The notes under the pieces: generated by a model
What the model saw: only the letters and a program-made list of their open reading frames with translations
Database searches by the model: none
What the model was told of the DNA's origin: nothing
Made by a program: the position numbers and the translations under genes
In this document: positions 8,712 to 17,546 of the stretch, one piece after another
How the letters are laid out: each line of letters opens with the position of its first letter
Numbering within the stretch: position 1 is the first letter of the stretch
NCBI GenBank assembly: GCA_964610875.1
Contig: CAZSWP010000006.1
Span: forward strand, 1 to 64,000
Direction: 5' to 3'
Length of the DNA stretch: 64,000 nucleotides
From: an uncultured archaeon
GTDB taxonomy: Archaea > Asgardarchaeota > Thorarchaeia > Thorarchaeales > Thorarchaeaceae

Positions 8712-10457
8712 TTGAAACGAAAGAGTAAGGTGTTATATGCCCTTTTAGCAACATTCTTGCTGTTTCCGTGGGGTGCTGTTCCGGCAGCTCACGCACAAAC
8801 AGATGTTAAACCTGAACTCGCTTATGACCTATGGGTTCTATCATGGGATGATATAAGCGTAGACACAGGTGGAGCAATCAAGACGTTGCTTGCAGAAGTT
8901 GGCATCGATATCAACGTCGTTATTCAAGACGATGGTCCGATGTATGAAGGAATCTATCAATTACCACGGCAATTCTCATTATATGAGATGAGTCATGGCT
9001 ATGGAAGTGTGCCAGACCACGTATGGTACAGAATGCACTCTGAGAATATTATCGATTGGGGTGACAATTGTTATGGAATTGATAACGCCACAATGGATGC
9101 AGCTCTTAATGATTTCCTTACGTCATCGCCAGCTGAAATAGAAGACAATGCAAGATTAGTACAGCTTTATGCAACTGAGAATGTTCCATATATTCCATTG
9201 TTCCTATCTGATGACACACATGCTATCAGAAAAGAGTGGGTTAATTACACAAAGAAACCTGGTGGTGTCTTCACTGCCTTTAATCCACAAACAATGATTT
9301 ACATGTATGATGAAGATCACACTACAGGCGACATGGAGTTCGTCATGGCGTACGGTTCTGACATCGGAGAGCTAAATCCGATGTTCTATAGAAGTGAAAG
9401 AAGTCACTGGTACGACATGCTTGTGTATGATACTCTTATATCATTTGATGAGAATCTTAACGCAATCCCATGGCTTGCCGAATCTTGGGATATCAGTACT
9501 GATGGGACTGAGATCACATTCACAATTCGAAGTGGTGCCAAGTGGCATGATGGTATAGATCTGACTGCTGAAGATGTTGCTTTCACCTTCCAGTACTATA
9601 AGGATGCTCCTGAGGATGCAGTGTACTGGTCATTCTTGCAACATATGGAATCCGTTGCTGTTGATGGCAATGATGTCACCGTTACAATGGACGATGCATG
9701 GACATTTGCTTTGGAATCCTTAGGGGACATTTACATTCTTCCAAAACATATCCATGAAGGCATTCCTGCCGATGATGACCGCTGGAATGATGCTACAAAT
9801 GTAACAGCTCACACTGGTTCTGGTCCATTCAAATACGATAGTAGAACTCCAGATGAGTTCACAAAGCTTCTTAGGAATCCAGACTGGTGGGGTCCTGAAC
9901 CAAGCATCGACATCGTAAGAATTGACGTTGTTAGAGGTCAAGATGCACGTATTCTTGCAATGAGAAGTGGTGATGCTGACTCAGAACGGTACGAGGTATT
10001 TGGTGCATATGTACAGACTATCCTCAATGCACCTGAACTAGATCTTGTAACTGGTGTAACAAGTCAATGGGACTATGTCCTTGGATTCAATATGACCATC
10101 CCTGGTTTTGATGATCTCAATGTGAGAAAGGCTATCTCTCTTGCAATGGATCGTGACTACCTAGTTAGTGTTGGTCGTCTTGGGTTTGGTACACCTACAA
10201 ACAATACAATTCCTGCAGAGTTCTTCCCAAGCCTCTATCATGAGGATGGAGTGTTTGAAGAGAGTGTCAATAAATCCAAAGCACTTCTTGATGCTGCTGG
10301 CTACATTGATGTAGACAATGATGGTATCAGAGAATTTCCAGGCGCAGTTGCTCCTGGTGGTGGTATTGACTTACTCTTAGTAGCAGGTATTGGTGCAGGT
10401 GCCTTAATCGTAGGCATTATCGTTACATTCTTCTACATGAAAAGAAAGGGTGCATAG
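8712..10457 (+). CDS. oppA: Peptide ABC transporter substrate-binding protein (family 5), circularly permuted, C-terminal TM anchor
   Basis: Signal peptide; LNP..VYDTLI..PWLAESW..TFTIRSGAKWHDGIDLTAEDVAFT; GSGPF; VRKAISLAMDR; C-terminal hydrophobic anchor plus KRK. GGAGG upstream of the TTG start. Confidence 0.9.
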   Translation: MKRKSKVLYALLATFLLFPWGAVPAAHAQTDVKPELAYDLWVLSWDDISVDTGGAIKTLLAEVGIDINVVIQDDGPMYEGIYQLPRQFSLYEMSHGYGSVPDHVWYRMHSENIIDWGDNCYGIDNATMDAALNDFLTSSPAEIEDNARLVQLYATENVPYIPLFLSDDTHAIRKEWVNYTKKPGGVFTAFNPQTMIYMYDEDHTTGDMEFVMAYGSDIGELNPMFYRSERSHWYDMLVYDTLISFDENLNAIPWLAESWDISTDGTEITFTIRSGAKWHDGIDLTAEDVAFTFQYYKDAPEDAVYWSFLQHMESVAVDGNDVTVTMDDAWTFALESLGDIYILPKHIHEGIPADDDRWNDATNVTAHTGSGPFKYDSRTPDEFTKLLRNPDWWGPEPSIDIVRIDVVRGQDARILAMRSGDADSERYEVFGAYVQTILNAPELDLVTGVTSQWDYVLGFNMTIPGFDDLNVRKAISLAMDRDYLVSVGRLGFGTPTNNTIPAEFFPSLYHEDGVFEESVNKSKALLDAAGYIDVDNDGIREFPGAVAPGGGIDLLLVAGIGAGALIVGIIVTFFYMKRKGA

Positions 10458-10481
10458 TATCCCTTTCTCCCCTCTTTTTTT
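10443..10481 (+). terminator. Hairpin plus T-tract after oppA
   Basis: AGAAAGGG-N10-CCCTTTCT followed by a T run. Confidence 0.55.
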
Positions 10482-10588
10482 ATTTTATTTTCAAGAGAAC
10501 ACTACGTATCCATGATACTCGATTCGATATGCTTTAATGTTACGTAATTCAGAGAATAGTAAACAAATGGGTAAATGGAGATGCAGAT

Positions 10589-11590
10589 GTGAACAGCCAA
10601 TCATCTATTGGAACAAAGCGATATATATTACAAAGAGTAACACAGACTCTGATAGTATGGTTTATCATCATTACTCTGAATTTCTTCATCTTCAGGATAA
10701 TGCCTGGTGATCCTAGAGGTGCGCTGATTGGAGAACATATGTCTCCAGAATTGCGTCAGGCTGTTATAGCAAGATTTGGACTAGATCGTCCTCTTGTAGA
10801 GCAATATTTTCTATATCTATTTAATCTGTTTAAGGGTGATATGGGATATTCCTTCTCCCACTTCGGGGAACCAGTTTGGGTCACCATATTCAGTCATCGA
10901 TTTAACAATACTATTCTCCTTATGGGTGCTTCACTGATCATCTCGATTGCCATTGGAATGGTTATGGGAGTTATTGCTGCTGCTAGACGAGATAGCAAAG
11001 TTGACACAGGGTCAACAGTCGTTTTTCTTGTTGCTTACAGTATTCCAGTATTTTGGGTTGGTCTTCTGCTGTTGCTATTCTTCGGATTTCATTTCGACCT
11101 AATACCAATTGCAGGAACAATCACTAGAGGTTATGACCATGCGAACTTCTTGGAATATGCTCTTGATTATGGATGGCATATGATTGGACCAACAATAGTT
11201 CTCACTTTGTCATTTATTGGTGGGTTCTTTCTTATAATGAGAGATTCCGTTCTTGATGTATTTACACAGGATTACATGCTTGCAGCACGAGCGAAAGGAC
11301 TCAAAGAAAAGACCATCCTGTTTAGGCATGCGATGAGAAATGCTATGCTTCCAATGGTGAGTGTGATTGCTATTAATCTACCCTATCTCATTAGTGGAGC
11401 TGTAATGACGGAATTTGTATTCAGTTGGGAGGGGTTAGGTCTCCTAACATATGATTCAGTTCTATCTAATGATTATCCCGTTTTGCAGGGTATCTTTCTA
11501 TTCTTGGCTACAATTACGGTCTTTGCTAACCTCGCTGCAGATCTAATTTACCTCTACCTTGACCCAAGAATTAGATATGGAGGTGAATAG
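10589..11590 (+). CDS. oppB: Peptide ABC transporter permease OppB/DppB
   Basis: MPGDP, GLDRPL, DYMLAARAKGL, HAMRNAM, DYPVLQG, LDPRI. Confidence 0.95.
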   Translation: MNSQSSIGTKRYILQRVTQTLIVWFIIITLNFFIFRIMPGDPRGALIGEHMSPELRQAVIARFGLDRPLVEQYFLYLFNLFKGDMGYSFSHFGEPVWVTIFSHRFNNTILLMGASLIISIAIGMVMGVIAAARRDSKVDTGSTVVFLVAYSIPVFWVGLLLLLFFGFHFDLIPIAGTITRGYDHANFLEYALDYGWHMIGPTIVLTLSFIGGFFLIMRDSVLDVFTQDYMLAARAKGLKEKTILFRHAMRNAMLPMVSVIAINLPYLISGAVMTEFVFSWEGLGLLTYDSVLSNDYPVLQGIFLFLATITVFANLAADLIYLYLDPRIRYGGE

Positions 11591-13144
11591 ATGACAGTTG
11601 CAGAATCTCAAACAACACAAGAAACTGTAACCTCCAAACCAACAATTAGAGAGCGACTGGAAATTGCCGGCAAACGTCCAGATGTAATTCTGGTATCTTT
11701 GGGCAGTTTTCTTCTATTGTCATTAATCACTCTGTTCGGAATCGATCTAGCTATTAGTACATCTATGACATGGCTTGCTCTATCAGTAGTAGGATATACC
11801 GAAATAAACGCCATTGGATTTGCATTTATTATCCGAATTTTGGGTTTTGTTGTTCTTGGAATGTCAATATGGATTGGACTACTAGGTGTACATCTTCATG
11901 AGAAAAGACCTGGTGAGATAATGGCTATTTTCCTAAAGGTCGGCATTGTCATCTTTGTGTTTATGGCGTTTAGTATTGGTATTGGAATTCTCACAACATT
12001 TCTATTCTTCTTTTGGGAACCAAAACAGATGCTAACATGGAGTAAGAAACGTGTTCAAGTCTACCACAGTTCAATCATTGGGATTATTGTTCTTTGGATG
12101 TTTCTTGAATTACTCCTGACTGAAGATAATATTGGAGTCAACATATTGAGACCATTCCTATCAGCTTCTGCTGGAGTCTTTTTATATGGAACCGGACTAG
12201 AGGTAATTGCACTTAGTGCTGCAATTATTGTTGTCCCTCTCTATATATTGTTCCCAAAACTAATGGGTATGTACTGGAAACAGAGAAGAGGAATTGAAGA
12301 GTTTTGGAAAGATTTCATCCATGATAGAATTGGAATTATTGGCTTTCTAATTATCGTGTTTATGGTATGTTTAGCTGTATTTGCGCCCTTTATTGCACCA
12401 TATCATTGGTCATACTTTACAACGGATCAAGCACAATGGTTCTTGCCTCCAAGCATTGAACATCCCTTCGGAACAAATCATGATGGTGGCGATATCTTCA
12501 GTCGCATCATCTGGGGTACCCAGATTTCGCTTCTTGTAGGATTTGTTGCAAGTATTGTTGCGGTTGTTATTGGGACTCTAGTTGGTTTAATTTCAGGATA
12601 CTACGGAGGATTGCTTGATACACTATTGATGAGGATAACTGATGTCTTTCTATGCTTACCGACATTACCACTAATGTTGATTTTCCTCCTACTTTTCGGT
12701 CAAGGATTACAGAATGTCATTATTGTTATTGCGATTCTCGGTTGGACTGGAACTGCAAGGATGGTAAGAAGTGAAGCCTTATCATTGAGGGAGCGCCCTC
12801 TAACAGAAGCTGCTCATGCAATTGGTGCATCAGACAATTACATTGTGTTTAAACATATACTACCTAATGTATTACCCCTGATTCTAGCCAATGTGATAAT
12901 TGGAGTCGTTTCAGCTATTCTCAGTGAAGCAGGAATATCTTTCCTAGGTTTCATGCCAATACATGGCCAACCAAGCTGGGGGATTGTTCTATATTGGGCT
13001 TCAAGAAAGGCTGCATTGAGTAATGAACAATGGTGGTGGATAGTACCACCAGGACTATTCATTATGCTAACAACTCTTGGGTTTGCTTTCGTCAGTCATG
13101 CTGCTGATAAAGTTGTGAATCCCCGTCTAAGAGGGAGGCTATGA
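11591..13144 (+). CDS. oppC: Peptide ABC transporter permease OppC/DppC with extra N-terminal membrane domain
   Basis: HPFGTNHDGGDIFSR, EAAHAIGAS, HILPN, SEAGISFLG, NPRLR in the C-terminal part; about 230 extra hydrophobic residues at the N-terminus. Confidence 0.92.
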   Translation: MTVAESQTTQETVTSKPTIRERLEIAGKRPDVILVSLGSFLLLSLITLFGIDLAISTSMTWLALSVVGYTEINAIGFAFIIRILGFVVLGMSIWIGLLGVHLHEKRPGEIMAIFLKVGIVIFVFMAFSIGIGILTTFLFFFWEPKQMLTWSKKRVQVYHSSIIGIIVLWMFLELLLTEDNIGVNILRPFLSASAGVFLYGTGLEVIALSAAIIVVPLYILFPKLMGMYWKQRRGIEEFWKDFIHDRIGIIGFLIIVFMVCLAVFAPFIAPYHWSYFTTDQAQWFLPPSIEHPFGTNHDGGDIFSRIIWGTQISLLVGFVASIVAVVIGTLVGLISGYYGGLLDTLLMRITDVFLCLPTLPLMLIFLLLFGQGLQNVIIVIAILGWTGTARMVRSEALSLRERPLTEAAHAIGASDNYIVFKHILPNVLPLILANVIIGVVSAILSEAGISFLGFMPIHGQPSWGIVLYWASRKAALSNEQWWWIVPPGLFIMLTTLGFAFVSHAADKVVNPRLRGRL

Positions 13145-13149
13145 TGTAG

Positions 13150-14124
13150 ATGCCTGTTTTAGAAGTGAATAATCTATCAACTTACTACTACCTAAGTGGA
13201 AAGCCTGTGAGAGCAGTTGAAGATGTATCATTTACAATTGACTATCGTGAAACGCTTGGTGTGGCTGGGGAATCGGGTTGTGGTAAAACTACTACAGCTT
13301 ACAGTATCATGCGGATTCTACCAGCAAATGGTGAGATTGTGAATGGCGAGATATTGTTGGATGACGATGACATGGTGAAGAAATCCGAGGAAGAGATGCG
13401 AAAACTTCGTTGGAAAAGTGCATCAATAGTCTTTCAGTATGCGATGAATGCATTTAATCCTGTTCTAAGAATCGGTAAGCAAATCATCGAAGTCATGTTG
13501 GAAAAGCATGATATGACGAAAAATGAGGCTGCTGAGAAATTAAAGGAGCTTTTCGATGAGGTTGGACTTGAGCCAAATCGTATGATGGATTTTCCACATG
13601 AATTCAGTGGCGGCATGCTTCAAAGAGCGATTATAGCGCAAGCTCTCTCTTGCGACCCAAAATTAATCATTGCTGATGAACCTGTTACTGCACTAGACGT
13701 TATTGTGCAAAACAAAATTCTAGATCTTCTTAGGAAGCTTCAGACGAAGTATGATCTTGGTGTTCTCTTCATTACACATGACCTTTCAGTTGTTGCTGAG
13801 AACTGTGATAAAACCGCAATAATGTATGCTGGAAATATCGTTGAAACGGGTGCTACGTCAGATGTCTTCAAGCGAAGCCTTCATCCTTACACGTACAAAC
13901 TCATAGGAGCGTTTCCAAGTGTAAGTGGAGATAAGAAGAGGTTGGAGTTTATTCCAGGAACTCCACCTAACTTATTGAATCCTCCATCAGGATGCAAGTT
14001 TCATCCAAGATGTCCCTTTGCAAAAGATATCTGTGTATCAGAAGTGCCTGAATTTAGAGAAATGAAACCAGATCATTGGGTGCGATGTCATTTTGCAGGA
14101 GAACTTCCATTGGAGGAGAGATAA
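13150..14124 (+). CDS. oppD: Peptide ABC transporter ATP-binding protein OppD
   Basis: GESGCGKT, FSGG, DEP, ITHDL, C-terminal GCKFHPRC...CH. Confidence 0.95.
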   Translation: MPVLEVNNLSTYYYLSGKPVRAVEDVSFTIDYRETLGVAGESGCGKTTTAYSIMRILPANGEIVNGEILLDDDDMVKKSEEEMRKLRWKSASIVFQYAMNAFNPVLRIGKQIIEVMLEKHDMTKNEAAEKLKELFDEVGLEPNRMMDFPHEFSGGMLQRAIIAQALSCDPKLIIADEPVTALDVIVQNKILDLLRKLQTKYDLGVLFITHDLSVVAENCDKTAIMYAGNIVETGATSDVFKRSLHPYTYKLIGAFPSVSGDKKRLEFIPGTPPNLLNPPSGCKFHPRCPFAKDICVSEVPEFREMKPDHWVRCHFAGELPLEER

Positions 14125-15104
14125 TGACTAATGATTACATTCTTGAAGTTGAGAATCTTCGAAAATGGTTCCCCGTCAGAACCAGTCTGTTTTCCTTCTT
14201 TGGTGAAAAGAAGTATGTGAAAGCAGTAGATGATGTTTCTTTTAATATTGAAAGGGGCGATTCTCTATGTATCGTTGGTGAGTCTGGTTGTGGAAAAACA
14301 ACCTTAGCAAGAACGATACTAAGATTGACTGAACCGACAAGTGGTGTAACTCGTTTTAATAGTGAGAATATCTACGAAATGAATAGATTGGAGTTAATTC
14401 AACTACGTCTCAAAATGCAACTCATCTTCCAGAATCCTTTCGAGGTCTTGGATCCGCGTCTTCGAGTGAGGAACCTCATTGGTGAAGGTCTGATGATTCA
14501 TGAGCTTGTTGAAGATGAAGAGGAACTTGAAAATAAGGTACTTGAAGCTCTGGAAGATGTTAGGCTTGTTCCAGCATATGATTTTGCAAATAGATTCACA
14601 CACGAGCTGAGTGGTGGTCAGTTACAGAGGATTTGTGTTGCACGGTCACTGATACTTGAACCAGAATTGATTATTGCAGATGAACCCGTTTCTATGCTTG
14701 ATGCAAGTATACGGACTGAGGTCATGAATCTCATGGAAGATTTGAAGGAAAGACACAATCTCACATATATATTCATCACGCATGACCTCGCACAAGCAAG
14801 ATACATTGGAAACAGAATTATCGTGATGTATCTTGGACGTATCGCCGAGATGGGACCGATGGAGGAAGTGATCCATAACCCAATCCATCCTTACACCAAA
14901 GCTTTGGTTTCAAATGTCCCTGTGCCTGATCCTGACTTAGAGCGAGATAGGATTGAACTGCCTGGAGAAACTCCCACACCTATTGATTTGCCTGAAGGTT
15001 GTCGATTCAAACCCAGATGCCAAGAATTCGGGGCAAAATGTAAGCCTGAAGAACCTCAACTCCGTGAAGTTAGTCCAGGACATTTTGTGGCATGTCATCT
15101 CTAG
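14124..15104 (+). CDS. oppF: Peptide ABC transporter ATP-binding protein OppF
   Basis: GESGCGKT, LSGGQ, DEP, ITHDL, GCRFKPRC...ACHL. ATG 14124 overlaps the oppD stop (TAATG). Confidence 0.95.
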   Translation: MTNDYILEVENLRKWFPVRTSLFSFFGEKKYVKAVDDVSFNIERGDSLCIVGESGCGKTTLARTILRLTEPTSGVTRFNSENIYEMNRLELIQLRLKMQLIFQNPFEVLDPRLRVRNLIGEGLMIHELVEDEEELENKVLEALEDVRLVPAYDFANRFTHELSGGQLQRICVARSLILEPELIIADEPVSMLDASIRTEVMNLMEDLKERHNLTYIFITHDLAQARYIGNRIIVMYLGRIAEMGPMEEVIHNPIHPYTKALVSNVPVPDPDLERDRIELPGETPTPIDLPEGCRFKPRCQEFGAKCKPEEPQLREVSPGHFVACHL

Positions 15105-15224
15105 AATCATAAAATCGTGGTCTGGATTTCACCAGACTAGTATCATTTTTCCATATCCTAACACTCATTACTGAAATTTCGATATTGTGTACATTTCAGA
15201 TTGCAAAATTGGGATGTGATTCAG

Positions 15225-16076
15225 ATGGCTAAGTTGAGAGGGATACACAGTACTTGGAAGAGCAAGCAAGCTATGGATGGTGCAGGTGTAAAACTTCGAA
15301 GAGTGTTTGGATTTAATGAAGTTCCAAAATTAGATCCTTTTCTTCTTCTAGATGCTTTTGGTTCTGATAATCCTGATGACTATTTGGCTGGGTTTCCATG
15401 GCACCCTCATAGGGGTATTGAAACAATAACGTATGTTCTTGAAGGTGAGCTTGAGCATGAAGACAGTCTTGGAAATGGTGGAATCATCAGACCGGGTGAA
15501 GTCCAATGGATGACTGCTGGAAGTGGTATTGTTCATCAGGAGATGCCTAAGAGAAGTGATGGGCGAATGGCAGGTTTTCAATTATGGTCTAATTTGCCTG
15601 CATCTCATAAGATGATGATTCCTAGATATCGAGATATTCGCTCTGGTGATATACCTGTCTTTGAAACAGATGCCGGTGTAATGATTCGAATTGTATCTGG
15701 TGAAATAGATGGTACCAAAGGTCCAGTTGAAGATATAGTTACTCAACCACAATATTATGACATCACAATGTCCAAAGCAACTAAATTTCAATTTGATTTC
15801 CCAGAAGAACACAACGTGTTTGCTTACATCTTTTCTGGGAGTGCTTCTTTTGATGATTCAAAAGATGAGGTCATTGAGCATACTCTGATTCATTATGGCC
15901 ATGGCGAAAGAATAGACATAACCACTACTAATAGAACAGCAAGATTTCTACTCGTGAGTGGCAAACCACTAAATGAACCAATTGCATGGCGAGGGCCAAT
16001 TGTTATGAACACACAAGAGGAACTAATGACTGCATTTCGAGAGTACCATGAGGGCACGTTTCTAAAACACAAATGA
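15225..16076 (+). CDS. Pirin family protein
   Basis: LDPFLLLD, GFPWHPHRGIETITY, MTAGSGIVHQE, GPIVMNT. Confidence 0.95.
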   Translation: MAKLRGIHSTWKSKQAMDGAGVKLRRVFGFNEVPKLDPFLLLDAFGSDNPDDYLAGFPWHPHRGIETITYVLEGELEHEDSLGNGGIIRPGEVQWMTAGSGIVHQEMPKRSDGRMAGFQLWSNLPASHKMMIPRYRDIRSGDIPVFETDAGVMIRIVSGEIDGTKGPVEDIVTQPQYYDITMSKATKFQFDFPEEHNVFAYIFSGSASFDDSKDEVIEHTLIHYGHGERIDITTTNRTARFLLVSGKPLNEPIAWRGPIVMNTQEELMTAFREYHEGTFLKHK

Positions 16077-16148
16077 TGATGATTTTACTGTATATTAATA
16101 TGATAATGGTAACTTCTGTTGGCGCAATCTGAAAAACAAGTATTCTGT

Positions 16149-16200
16149 TTATCAAATGGTTTTTGATAACTCGTCGGTCTTGAGATAAAGTGTTATCAAT
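16149..16200. promoter_or_regulatory. Clustered TTATC/GATAA inverted repeats upstream of the radical SAM gene
   Basis: TTATCAAA-N5-TTTGATAA (16149-16169) plus GATAA-AGTG-TTATC just downstream. Confidence 0.4.
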
Positions 16201-16243
16201 CAGTGCAACTGGAAGGATGATGATAGATATTTGAGGGATCACC

Positions 16244-17500
16244 ATGCGATACGAATCAGTGAAAGCAAGAACTCTTCTATCTAAGAAGATGGTAGCTGAT
16301 TCGTGGTTCCATGTCAACCGTACTCTTAATGCATATCGTGGGTGTGAGCATGGTTGTGTGTATTGTGATGGCATGTCTGAATACTACCATGTCGAAAATT
16401 TCACAACCCACATACGAGCTAAGGAAAATGCTCCTGAAATACTCGATAGGGAACTGAAGAAGGATGGATTCACATCTCGATCCACTCTTGAAACCGAAAC
16501 ACTCTGGTCTTTTCTTGATGACGATGATGCCAAGAGAATTGCACTAAGAGTCCCTCGAAGAATCGTTATTGGTGTGTGTGGTGGTGTGTCGGATGGTTAT
16601 CAACCAGCTGAAAAAGAATACGAAATCACACGAAGAATCTTGAAGGTCCTATATGACTATGGTATACCTGTGTTCATTCTTACCAAGTCTGACCTTGTGT
16701 TGAGAGACCTCGATTTATTGAAAGACATCCACAAACGAGCATATGTCAATGTAATGTTCACAATCACTCTACATGATGAAACGATTCAGAAAATATTCGA
16801 ACCAAAAGCTCCGACTACACAAGAAAGGTTTGATGCTCTTACGGAGATACGCAAAGCTGGTATTCATGGTGGTGTTATGAGTACGCCTATTATTCCCACT
16901 ATCGGTGATTCGGTAGAAAACATGGAAGGTCTTGCAAAAGAAGCAAAGAGTGCAAATGCGGAGTTCATTCAATTTGGTGGTATGACTCTCAAACCTGGGC
17001 GACAGAAAGACTACTTCCTAAGTGTCGTTCAAAAGAGGTTTCCAGATAGTCTGGAAGCAATAGAGAGAATTTACTCGAACAACGACCGTTATGGGTCTCC
17101 GCAGTACAAGTACATGCCTGTTTCTCCAATGTTGTTAGGATATCAAGTATGTAAAAAAATAGGGATTCGTGATCGTTCGATTAGACATGGTCTTCCATAT
17201 GACCCTGAGGCAAATATACGTGTTTTGAACGTGCTTCTTGATATCATCTTTCGTCAATCATATTATCTCGGTTATTCTAGGGGAAAGAACAAACCTTACT
17301 GTTCATTGGCAACAAGGATAGAGAACGGTCTTCCAGACCTTCTGAAATTAAGGGAGGAAGCGACTTTACGTGACCATTTGCTAACAAACGATAGGATGGT
17401 TTCCATTGTTGAGGAGATACTTGAAACGGACAATTGTCATGTTCTTGAAGATCTGGAAAAGAAAATCGACTTGTTTTCGAAGGATAAATTTATCCTGTAA
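16244..17500 (+). CDS. Radical SAM protein, SplB/Rv2578c-like DNA repair family
   Basis: NAYRGCEHGCVYC (CxxxCxxC), SDGYQPAE, LTKSDLVLRDLDLL, FEP, PIIP. Confidence 0.88.
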   Translation: MRYESVKARTLLSKKMVADSWFHVNRTLNAYRGCEHGCVYCDGMSEYYHVENFTTHIRAKENAPEILDRELKKDGFTSRSTLETETLWSFLDDDDAKRIALRVPRRIVIGVCGGVSDGYQPAEKEYEITRRILKVLYDYGIPVFILTKSDLVLRDLDLLKDIHKRAYVNVMFTITLHDETIQKIFEPKAPTTQERFDALTEIRKAGIHGGVMSTPIIPTIGDSVENMEGLAKEAKSANAEFIQFGGMTLKPGRQKDYFLSVVQKRFPDSLEAIERIYSNNDRYGSPQYKYMPVSPMLLGYQVCKKIGIRDRSIRHGLPYDPEANIRVLNVLLDIIFRQSYYLGYSRGKNKPYCSLATRIENGLPDLLKLREEATLRDHLLTNDRMVSIVEEILETDNCHVLEDLEKKIDLFSKDKFIL

Positions 17501-17546
17501 TTCTAGAAAGACATAATTGTAGTTCTGAATTGTTTTGTATTAACTG

